A stretch of 63,636 nucleotides of DNA, the filler included, from Lenisia limosa (lineage: Eukaryota; Protista; Breviatea): the NCBI GenBank assembly GCA_001655205.1. It is 12 parts of 12 records of this genome, joined end to end, with 100 filler letters (N's around TTAATTAATTAA, not from the genome) between each part and the next. Parts side by side here need not be neighbours in the genome. Positions count along the whole stretch, not along the records: positions 1 to 22,477 come from LPNZ01005945.1; positions 22,578 to 24,142 come from LPNZ01003934.1; 10 more parts are not named here. One strand, written 5' to 3'. The stretch's first letter is position 1. Every line of letters begins with the position of its first letter. The translations under genes were made by a program, and so were the position numbers. This document shows, one piece after another, positions 11,314 to 23,533 of the stretch. Under the pieces are notes generated by a model. The model did no database searches. It was not told where the DNA came from and worked only from the letters and a program-made list of their open reading frames with translations.

Positions 11314-14300
11314 TTGTCTGAGAGTCTGAGACCACAAGCCAATCACTATCCAATCACTATCAATCACACCTAGGAGGTGTAAAGAAGATATCAATACACC
11401 TCCACACCTCCTGCCTAGATCACACAAAAACAAAATCCAAAATATTCACGCTAGGAGGTGTATAGTATATAAATATGGGGGATACTGGTCCGGCTTTTTG
11501 GGGGGAAGATATCTGGACAGGCTTGCAACGTTATTGAATCGGAATTTTTCCAAACTGGATAATTATTACTTCATTTGCTCGAATAATAGCTTTTTGACAT
11601 TATCAGAATAATAATGATTTAGTTCTATGTTGTTCGTAAACAACGAAAGACTCTCTAAAAATTTAATAAGCAAGTTGAAGAGGAATGAAGCCAACCTTTA
11701 GTTCTAACGGTTTTCCCAAACTCAGGATAGTGATCATCTTTTCCAACTCTGATGTTACTAATTACTATAAATATGCACTTTACACATCTAAGATAACTTA
11801 ACTGCGAAAAAAAACGTTTTTTTCGCAAAAATAAATTTTGATATCTCGTACCCCCAGGTTTTTCAAAATAATTAAATGCCAATAGTGCTCACCTCAGGTA
11901 CTCTTCAATCACCTTCTCTCTCAATATGTACTTAATTAATAATAAAAAAATTGATTTTGGGGTGAAAGGGGCAAAAAGGGGACCTTTGTTTGAATCTGCC
12001 AAGATATAGCTACATAAATGTGCCCACATTTGCCTGAATCTACCCTATCTGGGTGGGGTCGTTGACCCTGAACTAATTGATAAGCTGAAAAAAAAGCAAA
12101 TGACTCCAAAAGTGAAGAAGAACACAACCAAAATCACTACAACTGGAAAAAAAGTAATTTATTTGAAGAAAACAATGCAGATTTCACCAGATTTGCCAAA
12201 TATTTTCGGTATTCTACTTTGCCTGAACCTTGTTGTTAAAATACAGTAACAAAACAGGGATACCTTATTTTTATATCTTTCGAAATTTTTTGAATTAACG
12301 GCGGGATATCCAATTAACACACACAAAAACAAGACTGTAAATAGTTCAACCAAACTTAACAGTAGCAGTAAAAGACAAGTATAGGTATATCAGGTAAACA
12401 CAAAACTCTATGATAGATAAGTTCTCAGTAGTAGTTAGTCGTTTCACTAGTTTTACGTTTCCTTTCCTTTTCCTTCAACAAAAACCGCCAGTATATTAAA
12501 TAATAGCCGAAAGAAAAAGCGATAAGGAGCCTCTAGCACAAAATAAGGCTACGTCATGAAATAAGACCTTTCTACCTTCTCCCCTCCTCAATTAGTGGTC
12601 ATTACAGCTCAGGTCCACATATTAGCACGGCGAAACATCATTTTGAAGCAATACTCTCTCAAAAGAATAACCCTTGATCCTTCAATAAACAATGGAAAAT
12701 TGTGACCTCTGATGAATCAATAGTGAAAATAAGCGTCTTTCATGATTACAATACTCATACAAAAAACCGGCACTATGACCAAACATCTTTGTCCTTCAGT
12801 CGATGAAATAAGGCGAAAAAATGGGGTATTATACCGTTTTCTGGGGGTTTATATAATTGGGGTCATGACCCTGGAAGTTCACCTTCTGATGGGGGCTGAA
12901 ATTTTGATCTATTCATTTAACCTCAGCCGGAGATTTTACAGCGATGTGCAAAGATCTGGTGAACATATTCACTAACACTAGAACCTTTCAATCAGCAGTA
13001 AGCTAAGCGCTGAAGGATGGACATCTGCCTCTCTGCTTTTCCACCGCTTTCATCATCGCTCGCTTACTACGTGTTTTTTTGGGAAATAAGAACAATGAAC
13101 AACCAGTCTGACTGAGAGACATTTGTTGCTGAAAAGAAACGGGAGAACAAATAAGAGCAACGAATATTCTGAGCAGTCTCACCAAAAAAATACACACAAC
13201 GCCCAAGACAAACACTTAACAAACATCAGTCCAGTTCAGTTTTTAAAATTTGTGAAAATTTTACTTTGTTTCTAGTTTTCTTTCTTCCATGCTGATTAAT
13301 ACTAAGGACGGATACTGGATAACNNNNNNNNNNNNNNNNNNNNNNNNNNNNNNNNNNNNNNNNNNNNNNNNNNNNNNNNNNNNNNNNNNNNNNNNNNNNN
13401 NNNNNNNNNNNNNNNNNNNNNNNNNNNNNNNNNNNNNNNNNNNTGATAACTAAAAGAGACACCTTTGTTTCAAAGAGAAAAAAAGAAAAAACCACCGAAA
13501 ACCGGGGAACAAAAATAATAGTAAAAAAAGTTTACATGTCTAGGACTCGAACCCCAGGTCAAATCTAATTTCGTACAACTGAACTGAACCAGGGTCACCC
13601 ACTTGCCTTTTCACGAAACTTTCTTTGAAAACGACCTTTCACAAAATTTAGTGCATTTTTACGTAAATTATCGAATTTTTTAGCCCTATAAAGTAATACA
13701 CTTGGAAACGCAAAATTCGCTGGAGAACACGTTTATGAGGTTGGTTTTCAGTAAATTTGCTGTTCTGTTGAGTTATCTCTTAAAACTTCCAGGACATGAT
13801 CACTTTGGATCATATCCTATAACAGTTAACATTGTGGCAAACCTAAGGAGGGAGTGTTGCTGCTCTATTTTTTATATATAATTGGCGACATTGAGGGGAG
13901 CTGTAAAGTGTGAATTCAAGCCCAAAACAACAGGGAAAATGTAACTGGCAGGTGTTTTACCCTCAGTTATTCAATTCCAAATCTGAAATCCTGCCTTATG
14001 TACAGGGCAAAAAAGATTCTTACCGTAATGATGGGAACTGTTGACAATGATGCAGTCGTAATTGGCGGTGTTTATGCAACTGGTGTCGGCTCTGACATTA
14101 AGGAAACGTACCGAATTAAGAAGCAGGTGGATGATGCCTATTTCAGTGAAGTCTTCTTAGTATTACAATCGATGGAGCAACATATTGATCCAAGAAATAT
14201 GCTCTTCTTGGAGCTTCAGTGCCACGATGGTGCTCTCCTCTCAGATGATCAACGACGAGAAATGTAGGTTATTTTTGGTAAAACTGGTGGTTACTGCTTG

Positions 14301-15328
14301 TGTTTATTCATTTAAAATACTTTTCTGCTGTTTACAACCATTAGAACGCAGAGACAGCAGTAAAAAACCTGGCCTTTGACCAATTCGCCTCTTCTAAGCT
14401 TCACACTTTTGTTCCGAAGGTAATGATATTGATTTTCATTTAACTCTGCATTTCAGACTCATTCTTCAACTTTTTGTTTTAAACTTTTCGACCATAACAG
14501 CATTCAGATTCGCTTCTTCCTTGCCAAAGGATTAGTTGAGTGCGCGCCAGGCTTCCAAACCAGGACTAACTGCACAGATAAAGTTGAGAACTTTTATTCA
14601 CTTGTTCACTTCCACCTTGGTAATTGCTCCAAGAGGTGAGGGTTACACTTAATTCCACAAGGTAAGATTGTGAAATATGGTGCCACTGGAGGGAGGTCTT
14701 GAGCTGGCGTTGGGATGTTGGTGTGTGTGGGGACAGGGAGAGGATTTATAGCAGAAGAGCCATTGTAGCATTTTCCCAGGTTTACGATGTCATCAACCAA
14801 ATGAAGGAGAACTTCCACCCATTCATGAAGTCTTTTGACTGGCACGTTACGTTGCCGAATTCAAGCCCAATGGTCCAGCTTTCCAAACAACATCACAGTA
14901 ATTTATGTTATTTAGCCAAAAATAAAAATGTAAAAAACTATGAAATGAGTTACTTGAGCGAAAAAGTTGAAAGCTTCCAGGGTATAAGGAAGGGACTAAT
15001 TTTCCGAGAATACACCCGCCGGCGTCCAGGGAAACATCATCACATGATTAACCCTAGTTCAGCTGCCTTGTTGGTCATGATCCGTCGGATAGAACCCGAA
15101 AAATATGAGAGCCCTTAAGTCCACGCACGCCCCTGGTTAAGCACAAACCAAGAAGGAGAAGAAGTAAAAGGAGATAAGAGCAAGAGGGTGACATAACACC
15201 ATTTTATACATTCATTTATATAAGAAGAAGAACAACTTTCAATGTGAGTCTAGTTATAATAATGTTCGATTTTTTTCAAAAAAAAATTCGCAAAACAAAA
15301 ATTGGATCTCCACCTGAAAATCTTCTCT

Positions 15329-15701
15329 TTAGACCACTGATTTATCCTTAAAATCAATTAGCGCCCATTCTTTTCCAAAGCACCTCTTTAAACGATTAAT
15401 TCTTTCAATTTTTGTACCGCCTTGCCAAATAAGAAAAACAACGATACTTCAAATGCCGTGAGCGAAGTTCTTTCCGTAATTTTTCCATATCAAAGGTTTC
15501 AACAGCTTTTAAGAAATCAACATCATTGGAACATATATCTTTTTTTTCGGTCTTCTCCAAATCACTTGTGTGAGTTGAATTAAGTTTTGATTGACGCGAA
15601 AGACTATTCAATGAATGTATTTGCACAGCTACAGCTGGCGAGGGTGTTGTTTTAGTTTCTTCTTTTGGTTTCCAAATATTTAGTGACTGCTCATTTCGCA
15701 C
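15329..15701 (-). CDS. Small SAP-domain protein with a 22-nt GT-AG intron (15421-15442)
   Basis: Removing gttgtttttcttatttggcaag gives MEKLRKELRSRHLKYRGTKIERINRLKR, which fits the SAP helix-loop-helix pattern. Confidence 0.55.
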
Positions 15702-15916
15702 AGATCTTAGCCAATTTAATCAAAAAAAAAAAACCAACCTTCTACCATCCAGCCCCCTGCAAGAATCAAAATTGGTAGTTACTGTTTTCGACTTTTGCTT
15801 CCTCATCAAAGTCCCAAAACCACCAAAATAAAAAATCCAGCCAAACCTTTACCACCCGCTAAGCCAGCATTATTCCCCGGTAATAGCACTAAAAAGCACC
15901 TCATTCGCTTATTATC

Positions 15917-15995
15917 CGCTAATCACCGGCTAATCCAAGCTAATCTCAAGCTAATTTGCCTAATTGCCTAATTTGCTAATCTGCTAATTCGCTCA
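15917..15995. repeat. Array of about ten (G/C)CTAAT motifs with 1-5-nt spacers
   Basis: ccgctaatcaccggctaatccaagctaatctcaagctaatttgcctaattgcctaatttgctaatctgctaatt, between divergently oriented coding regions. Confidence 0.7.
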
Positions 15996-16246
15996 CAATT
16001 CGCTTCCCGCTAAAACCGACTCTATACCTGGTCCAAAAAATGCATATAAACTTGCATAACAGGATTTGCAAGTTTACTCCAAGTTTGTTTTCCCAGCTTA
16101 GAGCCCTGATTATTATTATTCCTTGTCTAAGTCTTTTTTGCTGAAGTTGATTGTTATCTGAGGTAAGTCTGCCTAATAAACACCATTATTATTATTATAT
16201 AATATATAAACTCATTTCAACAAAACATTATTGCACCATTAATGTG

Positions 16247-17340
16247 ATGACTGAAAACTGCGAATCGCAACCACTCCACATTGGAAAAGAAACGGTCCCA
16301 AAATCCGGTGAGAGAGAGGGGTGGGGAGTTTGCTTGAAGATTATGCTCATTATCTCTATCATCGATGTTGAATTAATCTTTTAATTTCCTTACCAAACCA
16401 CCTCTTTGTCTTTTAACATTTCTATTTCTAGTTAACCCGTTTCCAGTCGTCTCGCAATATTGAATCAAGAAAGGCATCTATTCGCAGATACATTTGTCCA
16501 AATGATGTACTTCATGGCTACTCTACGTCAGGCTTTCTCCATGCAGTTGCCGCATTTGTTGGTTTCATTTTCAATATTTACAATCAGGTTGTTCCTGGAA
16601 GCATGACGTTGAATGGGTGCAGCTTGATCTTTCGGTAGGGGGTGGTAATGTCTTGTCTTGTTTGTATATTTTCATTCCACAAGGTCAGTGAAGAGACGGT
16701 TGCTATCAAGAAACAGGAAATGCTGTCAGAAAAATTCGACTCCAAACGTATTAGCACTATTATGCTTTGCTTTTCCCATTCATTTTTATGATAAGATGTA
16801 TGACAATATAATTCTGATTTCTAATCATGGGATATATTTAATATTATGTATTCATTACCATAACTTTTTAGATGAGACTTTCAAATATCTCAAAGAAAGT
16901 AAGAGGCGAGGCCCAGACCCCATTTGTTGTTGTCTCGTTAGAACTCAAGGGTCTACAAATGAGTATTCTAGTGTTGGAGCAGAGGCATTGGCTCAACATG
17001 TTTTGTATTTGTTACAAACTGTCTGCGCTATCACCCCTACTGAAATGGGACTGAAAATGGGCCAGTCTCAGTACTCTGCTCTCCAAGCATTCCATAACAT
17101 TTATGACTCTTTCACAAGTAAAAATCTTGTTAGTTTTACGAGTACCTTTAGTTAGCTACGTTTCCTGAACTTGGTTGGCTTTGGGTTATCAACAATGAAA
17201 TTGTAGAAAATGTACATAATATATATATGTCTGATAGCCTATCTTAATAATAAAAACTTAACCACTTTTCTATGTAGATTTGCGACACACTGCGTTTAAC
17301 GCACTCCTGAGAAGTGGGCAACTTTACCAAGATGGTAGTG
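16247..17340 (+). CDS. Hypothetical multi-exon protein
   Basis: Exon-like segments SRLAILNQERHLFADTFVQMMYF, WKHDVEWVQLDLS|VSEETVAIKKQEMLSEKFDSK and TQGSTNEYSSVGAEALAQHVLYLLQ, with GT-AG introns. Confidence 0.45.
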
Positions 17341-18448
17341 TGCTGTGTAAAGCCTCATTGTATCTTTTAGTAGAAAGAACTGGCCTTTGAACTCTTCCAA
17401 GATTTCGGCCAACTGCTGGCATTTATCGGTTAAGATGCGTTCAAATTGCATTACTGTAAGTCTAATTAGTATTTGTTTCAATTTGTTAATACACACGTAA
17501 AGGGGGGAGAAGGAGAGGCCGGGGACGTCTGGGGAGGCAAGAAGTTAAAGCAAAATCCGCCAATATGTCTTCATGTGAAAAAGTAATAATGTTCTTTGCA
17601 TACTTACAGATGAAAAATATATTTAAGATAAATCAATTTTCTTTAACGCTTTGAAAAAGAAAAAGCCGATAAATTCGATAGATGGGAATTAAGTCTTGGG
17701 TTAGAATGCTTACCCAGGGCTTCCTTAAACAGCCCGTGCCTTCTAGAAAAGGATTTTTTGATGGATTTGATGACAGAAGGTGAATGCTATGCAACACTAG
17801 CAAATCCTCTAAGAATACAATGGATGTTAAAGATATTATATGGACCAAAGCAAATATAGTTGCAAAGCGCAAGAATATCCATATTCTGTTATAACAAACC
17901 TTCTCGCACCGAAGCTTCAGAGCCTGTGGGCCCACAGTGGCAAAATCCCCTCTACAGAGAGCCTTGCTCAAAACAGTGTCAATCTTGGAGATGAAATGAA
18001 GAAGTGGTTCTTGGGAAGCGTGGAGGACAGTGAGCTGTACAATTTCTTATGCCTGATTTTGTTAATTGACAATAAGTAGAGACCTCAATAATCTCTCTAT
18101 GAGGGCAGGCATTCTCAGTGTCTTTGTGGCCCACGTATAAAACGCCGAGCGTCTTCAGGACTGGTGGACTTGGCGGTGATAACAAGTTGAAGGCACACCC
18201 CAATATAGTTATGAATCTAAAAAAAAAGAAAAAAAAAAAANNNNNNNNNNNNNNNNNNNNNNNNNNNNNNNNNNNNNNNNNNNNNNNNNNNNNNNNNNNA
18301 GTTTAATTTGACAGCGTCTCCGACCTATCATGCCATCAGTGGTTTTTTTTTCCAAAGAATTAATAAAAACATTCCTTTACCTACCAAGTGGTGGTAGATC
18401 ATCTGACTAGTGGAGAGTTTGTTTATCATGACGGTTTGATGGTTTCAG

Positions 18449-19205
18449 AATGATTTCACCACCAACACCCACATACACACCCACACCCACACCCACACAC
18501 CCGCTGAGACGGCGTCTTTTTACGTCCCACCAACAGCATCGAGTCTGCCAACTCCGTTGTATGTTTCAGGTTTGTTTTTCTGTTCTATCTATCACCATCT
18601 TATTTCATTTAGATCCTCAAGTTCATTGCTAAGCGCATACACGCTAAGAATCGTCTAGAGCTCGGTATCATCCTCACCATCGGTCTTATCAACTGGGGCA
18701 AGAAGTTCTTCCGTGCACTTCTTTCTGGTATGTGGTCTCTTTTGTTGGAGTTAGAGCAAAAGAGACCACATACCAGAAAGAAGTGCAAATGGGAGAAAAT
18801 AACACTAATTTTTGCTTATGTTTTTTTTCTTTCATTTTTGCCTTGATTTATTTATCCATAAAAATCTTGAGCAACTTTGACATGTGTAGACCTCAACATC
18901 AACACCAACGAGGCCACCATGACCGCCTATTTTCTTGACCGCGAGTACCAACGTCAAGAAGAGGGAATTTTTCGGGGGGGTTCTTTTTTTTTCAACAATC
19001 ATACACAGGGATCCAATTATTAATTACTCACTTCTCTAGGCCCCTCGAGGTTTTCGTCATCTTAAGGCGATGAAAATGGTCCGTGCTGCCCTCTTCAACG
19101 CTGACGATGTGTTTGGAGAAAGAAATCAAAGAAGAAGAAGAAGAAGAAGGAAGTTGGAACCCCGAGAAAAGCGACACTGAGTATGACGTTGAGGAGGAGG
19201 ATTAG
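18449..19205 (+). CDS. Hypothetical spliced gene with acidic tail, probably frameshifted
   Basis: ILKFIAKRIHAKNRLELGIILTIGLINWGKKFFRALLS|DLNINTNEATMTAYFLDREYQ; the last exon reads well only across two frames (RHLKAMKMVRAALFN / EKEIKEEEEEE...EEED*). Confidence 0.45.
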
Positions 19206-20241
19206 TAGTAGAGTTGCTGTTCATTCAGTTATAATAAAATTACAATAGAATATAATTTTTTTGCAACCCCAAAAATAGACAATATTTTGTGATTAATCCA
19301 GCAGAAATGGGTAAGAAGATAGAATTATTTATCAGAACAGAGTTTTCTATCAAAACTGAACACACACTGTGGAAGAGTGACACGCTGGTCCAAGGCTATG
19401 CCAATTATGCAGACATAAAATAATTTCTAAACCTGTCAGTATTTCATTTAGTCATAGAAAAACCCACTTTGATCGCAATGCAGGTTCCATGTCTGTGGTG
19501 ATACGACGACGGTAAAACACAGCGAGGAAACTTGGATATCCGGAGGGTGCCAACTACTGCCGTTTTCCATCCGGGCCGGTGTCTTTATCACCAAAAATGA
19601 CAAATACCTAAATGGATATAACAATGAATGTGAAAACAATGGCAATTTTAGCCGATATCAGAATTAAAATTTATTCCATTTGAAATAATAGGCACATAGA
19701 ATATTACGTAGAGAACCAAACATAGAGAAATTGCGTACCTCATGGGTGTCACGCAAAAGCCTTGTATGATAAAATGAACTCATTGTAATGGCCTTGTCAG
19801 CTACGTCACGTTGTCATCCAAGGATTCATATCCTTTAGGTAGAATCTAAGTGGGTAAGTATTTGAAGGGCTTAAGCGATGAAGGGATAAACTGTGGTCAA
19901 TTCGCGTCACGTCAACGCTCAATGTTTAATTGGAAAAATGAAAACATGGAAGAGAGATTGCTTATCCTGACTTGCTGAATGTTATAAGATACGTAGAATA
20001 TATCTAAAAAGATAAAAAGAATCCTAAATGGAGTTCGACATATTTTTAGGTTGCAGTGATCTTCTTTGACAGAACCTTCTTCTCATCTTATGGCGTCAGT
20101 GATAGTACTAAAATGGGTGCTCTGAAAAAATTGTGAGAATTGCTTAATCGAGAAAAATTCAAAAAAGCCCATTTAACTTTCACCCCGCCATAAGCAAGCC
20201 GAAAGATGCATTATTTGGAAAATCACTCTTCCTTGATCTTG

Positions 20242-21075
20242 TTACAGCCCCCCTTTTTTCCTTCGCAGCGGTTTTTGATGGAGTAAAAATAGGACCCTCT
20301 GAAAAAATTCAGTTATTAGCCCAACATCTGCCGCAAAAACAACGGACTTTTCAATAAATAGGGCAATGTTCTGCGCCTCAAAGGTTGAAATAGCAGCGTT
20401 GGTTATTTTGGAACAGTCTGGTCGAATGGTGGGGTGCATCATGATTGTAGCAGCAAGTCCTGCCGCTACCCCTTGGTCAAACGCAAGATCTTCGGGACTC
20501 AATTCCATTTCTTCGGCTTCAATGGTGTCTTTCAAACGCTTTGATGCCTGCTGTGAAAGTGCCTATGTGAACGCAATATTTCCTTCCGCCTTGAGCTGCT
20601 GGGCCTTGGTGGTAATGTGAGCTTTACCCAGAAGTGAGCATTCCAACATTTTGGGCAAGCAGGGGTATGGTGATACACATTTGGTGACATGAAATGAACA
20701 TTCATGTTCACCTCTGTGAACAAGTGCGTGACGTAGGTCTTGTTTGGAACAGGGTAGCCACACGTGGGCTAGGGTCTGAAAGTTGTGCCCTTTTCATAGA
20801 CACTGGGGTCGATCAGCAGAGGGTTGTAGCCATCGACGGTGTAGTCACAGGACTGAAGTAATGCTCGAATCAACGCATGTGTTGGCTTGCGGAGAGCTCA
20901 GTAGAGGTCATGGTCCTTTGAAAAAATCATTAGGAGATGTACATGGGACAATTAATGGATGTTAGTAATAATTAATAGTAAATGGGATAAAATCAACCGA
21001 CATACTTGTTGGGAAAATATTTGCAATTGATGGCGATCTGGCTTCTGATTGATCCCCAACCTAAAGTACAATGAC
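20242..21075 (-). pseudogene. TPR-containing gene with two in-frame TAG codons
   Basis: KAQQLKAEGNIAFT*ALSQQASKRLKDTIEAEE is TPR helix A-like (TAG at 20563-20565); YEKGTTFRP*PTCGYPVPNK (TAG at 20769-20771). Confidence 0.5.
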
Positions 21076-21329
21076 TAGAGTTAGTATATAGAAATTGGGA
21101 ATTTTCACAAAAACTGACCTGCATGAAGTGGAAAGTGAAAGCAGGTTCAATCACAAGTATTATTTAATACAAGTTTCACTGATGGGCATCTAATGAGGGT
21201 TAAAACCAATAATAATAGTAAAAAAAATATTTCCGTATTCTTTGGTGGGCACAAAGTAGTTTTTTTTTTTCAGCTGACAATATTTCCCCTTCCCTCCTCT
21301 AGTAAAGTATCATTATTGTTTTTTAAGGA

Positions 21330-22470
21330 AATTTGAGAACTCTTCAGAAGTATGAAGCGGTAAGTTTGGAACTTTAATGCAAACTGTATCATCTCACACA
21401 CCTTACTATTTAATATTTTTTAGTCGAATGTGAGGATAGATAACCCTATTGTAGCTAGAGAAAGACACTGGAATTCGCGTCGGCAAAACCGTAGCTAAGC
21501 GAATCAAAAAGATGGTCAGCGTGAACAGTCACCGCGACTTCGACCCCAGCAATAAGCAATATTGCATGATAGGGTGTCAGAAAAATAAAAAGGTTGCAAA
21601 TGTGTCATCTTCTGTTGTATTTGACTTCTTAAGCCAGAGATCACACTTCAAAACCGAAGAGACTTCTTTCAAGGAATCCGAATGATCAAAACCCTCAAAC
21701 ATGCTGTCCGTAACATGGATGGCATAGAGGCCGATAAGGAGGCGCGGAAGGTGCGGCTACAGTTTTATGGAAAGGAGAAGATTGTCGCCAATGCTTTATC
21801 AGCCCTACGCTGGGGAGCTACTCAGGAGAAGGAACTACTCAAAGAAGGTTTGTAAATATCTGTGTATGTATATTGCAACTGGGTCATTTGTGGTGAGAGT
21901 TAGTCCGTCTGATGTTTTTAAAGAGAATTAAGAAGGCCCTTGACCTACTATCTGCTCCTCTCCATGAATCATTTGAAAGCATAAGGGACGATATTTACCA
22001 CAGAATTGACCTTGAACTCAAAGACGAACTGAACAGTGTTACAGACGTTATCAAGGTTAACATCTCAAAGTTTGCGGTCCTTCTTAAGAAGATGCGAATA
22101 TTTTCTCTGGTCAACCACGATGTCACACCCAATGAAGAGGTAGACCCAAGTCGCATCCTTTTTNNNNNNNNNNNNNNNNNNNNNNNNNNNNNNNNNNNNN
22201 NNNNNNNNNNNNNNNNNNNNNNNNNNNNNNGTTCAACCAGTGGGGAGAGGCCGGCAGTTCCTCAGAGGAGTCAAAATGGCAGCGCCCTCAAGATTGCTTT
22301 AACGACTGGAAGGAAGAATACTCTATTGCGGACCAAGACCTAAGAGCCCCGCCTCCGTCTCTCATTGTCCAAGAACAAGCTTTCAGGAAAATACGGCCTC
22401 TTTCATGCCAGATCAGCCCTCTTTAACACGGAAGGTTTTGTTAGATCGCTGCGCTATGTGTCCAACCTAT
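21330..22470 (+). CDS. Hypothetical multi-exon protein (runs into gap and scaffold end)
   Basis: EITLQNRRDFFQGIRMIKTLKHAVRNMDG...KELLKE and FLKRIKKALDLLSAPLHESFESIRDDIYHRIDLEL exons with GT-AG flanks. Confidence 0.5.
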
Positions 22471-22477
22471 ATCGCTT

Positions 22478-22577
22478 NNNNNNNNNNNNNNNNNNNNNNN
22501 NNNNNNNNNNNNNNNNNNNNNTTAATTAATTAANNNNNNNNNNNNNNNNNNNNNNNNNNNNNNNNNNNNNNNNNNNN
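22478..22577. other. Artificial scaffold linker
   Basis: N44-TTAATTAATTAA-N44; stops in all six frames. Confidence 0.97.
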
Positions 22578-23126
22578 GCTCACCCCCTAACCCCTTAGCC
22601 AACGGCAAGTTTTTGGGCGCGGGCTACAATGCCTACAACCAATTCCGTGGAGTCACAGCTGTTTCCCAGCCCCTCCACACTATCAACGTGGACCTTCCGG
22701 CCGGCTATGTAGGTGGGGTGCTTCCAGTTTAACATAAGAGCAAGTTGGAAAGGGAAATTACAAATGATTCTGACAGGATATCAAGAATGGTTCTAATTCT
22801 GTAGACAGGAGCTGTGGAGGAAATGATTGTGCATCACTATGGGTCTCTGATTTTGACTGGTGAGTTAATCCTGACTTTAAGGCTAATGATTGGATGAATT
22901 ACTATTTTGCACCAATATCCTGATTTGGCTTTAGCTCATTTTTTTGAGACCCACTTTGGTTCAGTTTAAGGAGAAATAGGGATTACTGGTAATATCCTAT
23001 AATGTGGTAGTGTTACCTATTGATCACTTTCAACAGACCAGCACGAGGTTTTCGGCAGAGGCAGTTCAAGACCTGCACTGGCGTGCTCCTCTTCTGTTAC
23101 TTCAAATAATGATAACTTCAATCCGG

Positions 23127-23282
23127 TATGCTGGGGAGGCACGCAGAAAGCTGTGTGCACAGAGTAAGGCAAATGATTGGGTGAATTAAATTGTACTATT
23201 ATCCTTTTTCTCTTCTAAGCGTGATGTTGGGGCAGCTTCGGCTAGATACAACCTTATTTTTTATTATTATTTCTCATTGCTA
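23127..23282 (+). repeat. Dispersed repeat family D, copy 1
   Basis: tatgctggggaggcacgcagaaagctgt...atgattgggtgaattaa...gcttcgg..agatacaaccttattttt...tttctcattgcta is shared with 43830-43978. Confidence 0.8.
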
Positions 23283-23405
23283 GATCTTATATAATCCGGT
23301 TTGAACTCAACGTTTAGAAACACTCACCATGATATTCACACTGTCGTCATATTATCATATTATAAAAGATGAAATTGTTATATTATATTGACTAGCGGTT
23401 TTTGT

Positions 23406-23533
23406 TAGGACTCTGTGCAAGATATGAATTGACAAAATTTGAAATTAGGTGTCTGTCATGGAGTTCCCATGACAATATCATATGTCTCACTAAATTCGGC
23501 AATTAAGTGTTCAATTAGTTGCACGGAGCCCTA
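23406..23533. mobile_element. hAT-type MITE family B
   Basis: TIRs taggactctgtgcaa / ttgcacggagcccta; 8-bp TSD gtttttgt/atttttgt (7/8); internal sequence shared with 49116-49256. Confidence 0.85.

Noticed and set aside
11365-11465. TAGGAGGTGTA...TACACCTCC hairpin upstream of chk1 as a Helitron 3' end
   Set aside because: A stem and CTAG are present, but there is no matching 5' TC end or second copy to support a Helitron call.
13535-13605. tRNA- or SINE-like segment on the minus strand (ggggttcgagtcc followed by a T-run)
   Set aside because: The T-stem is imperfect, there is no cloverleaf, and there is only one copy in the window.
17275-17340. DLRHTAF segment resembling tyrosine-recombinase box II
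   Set aside because: Frame and even strand are ambiguous, and no other recombinase motifs are nearby.
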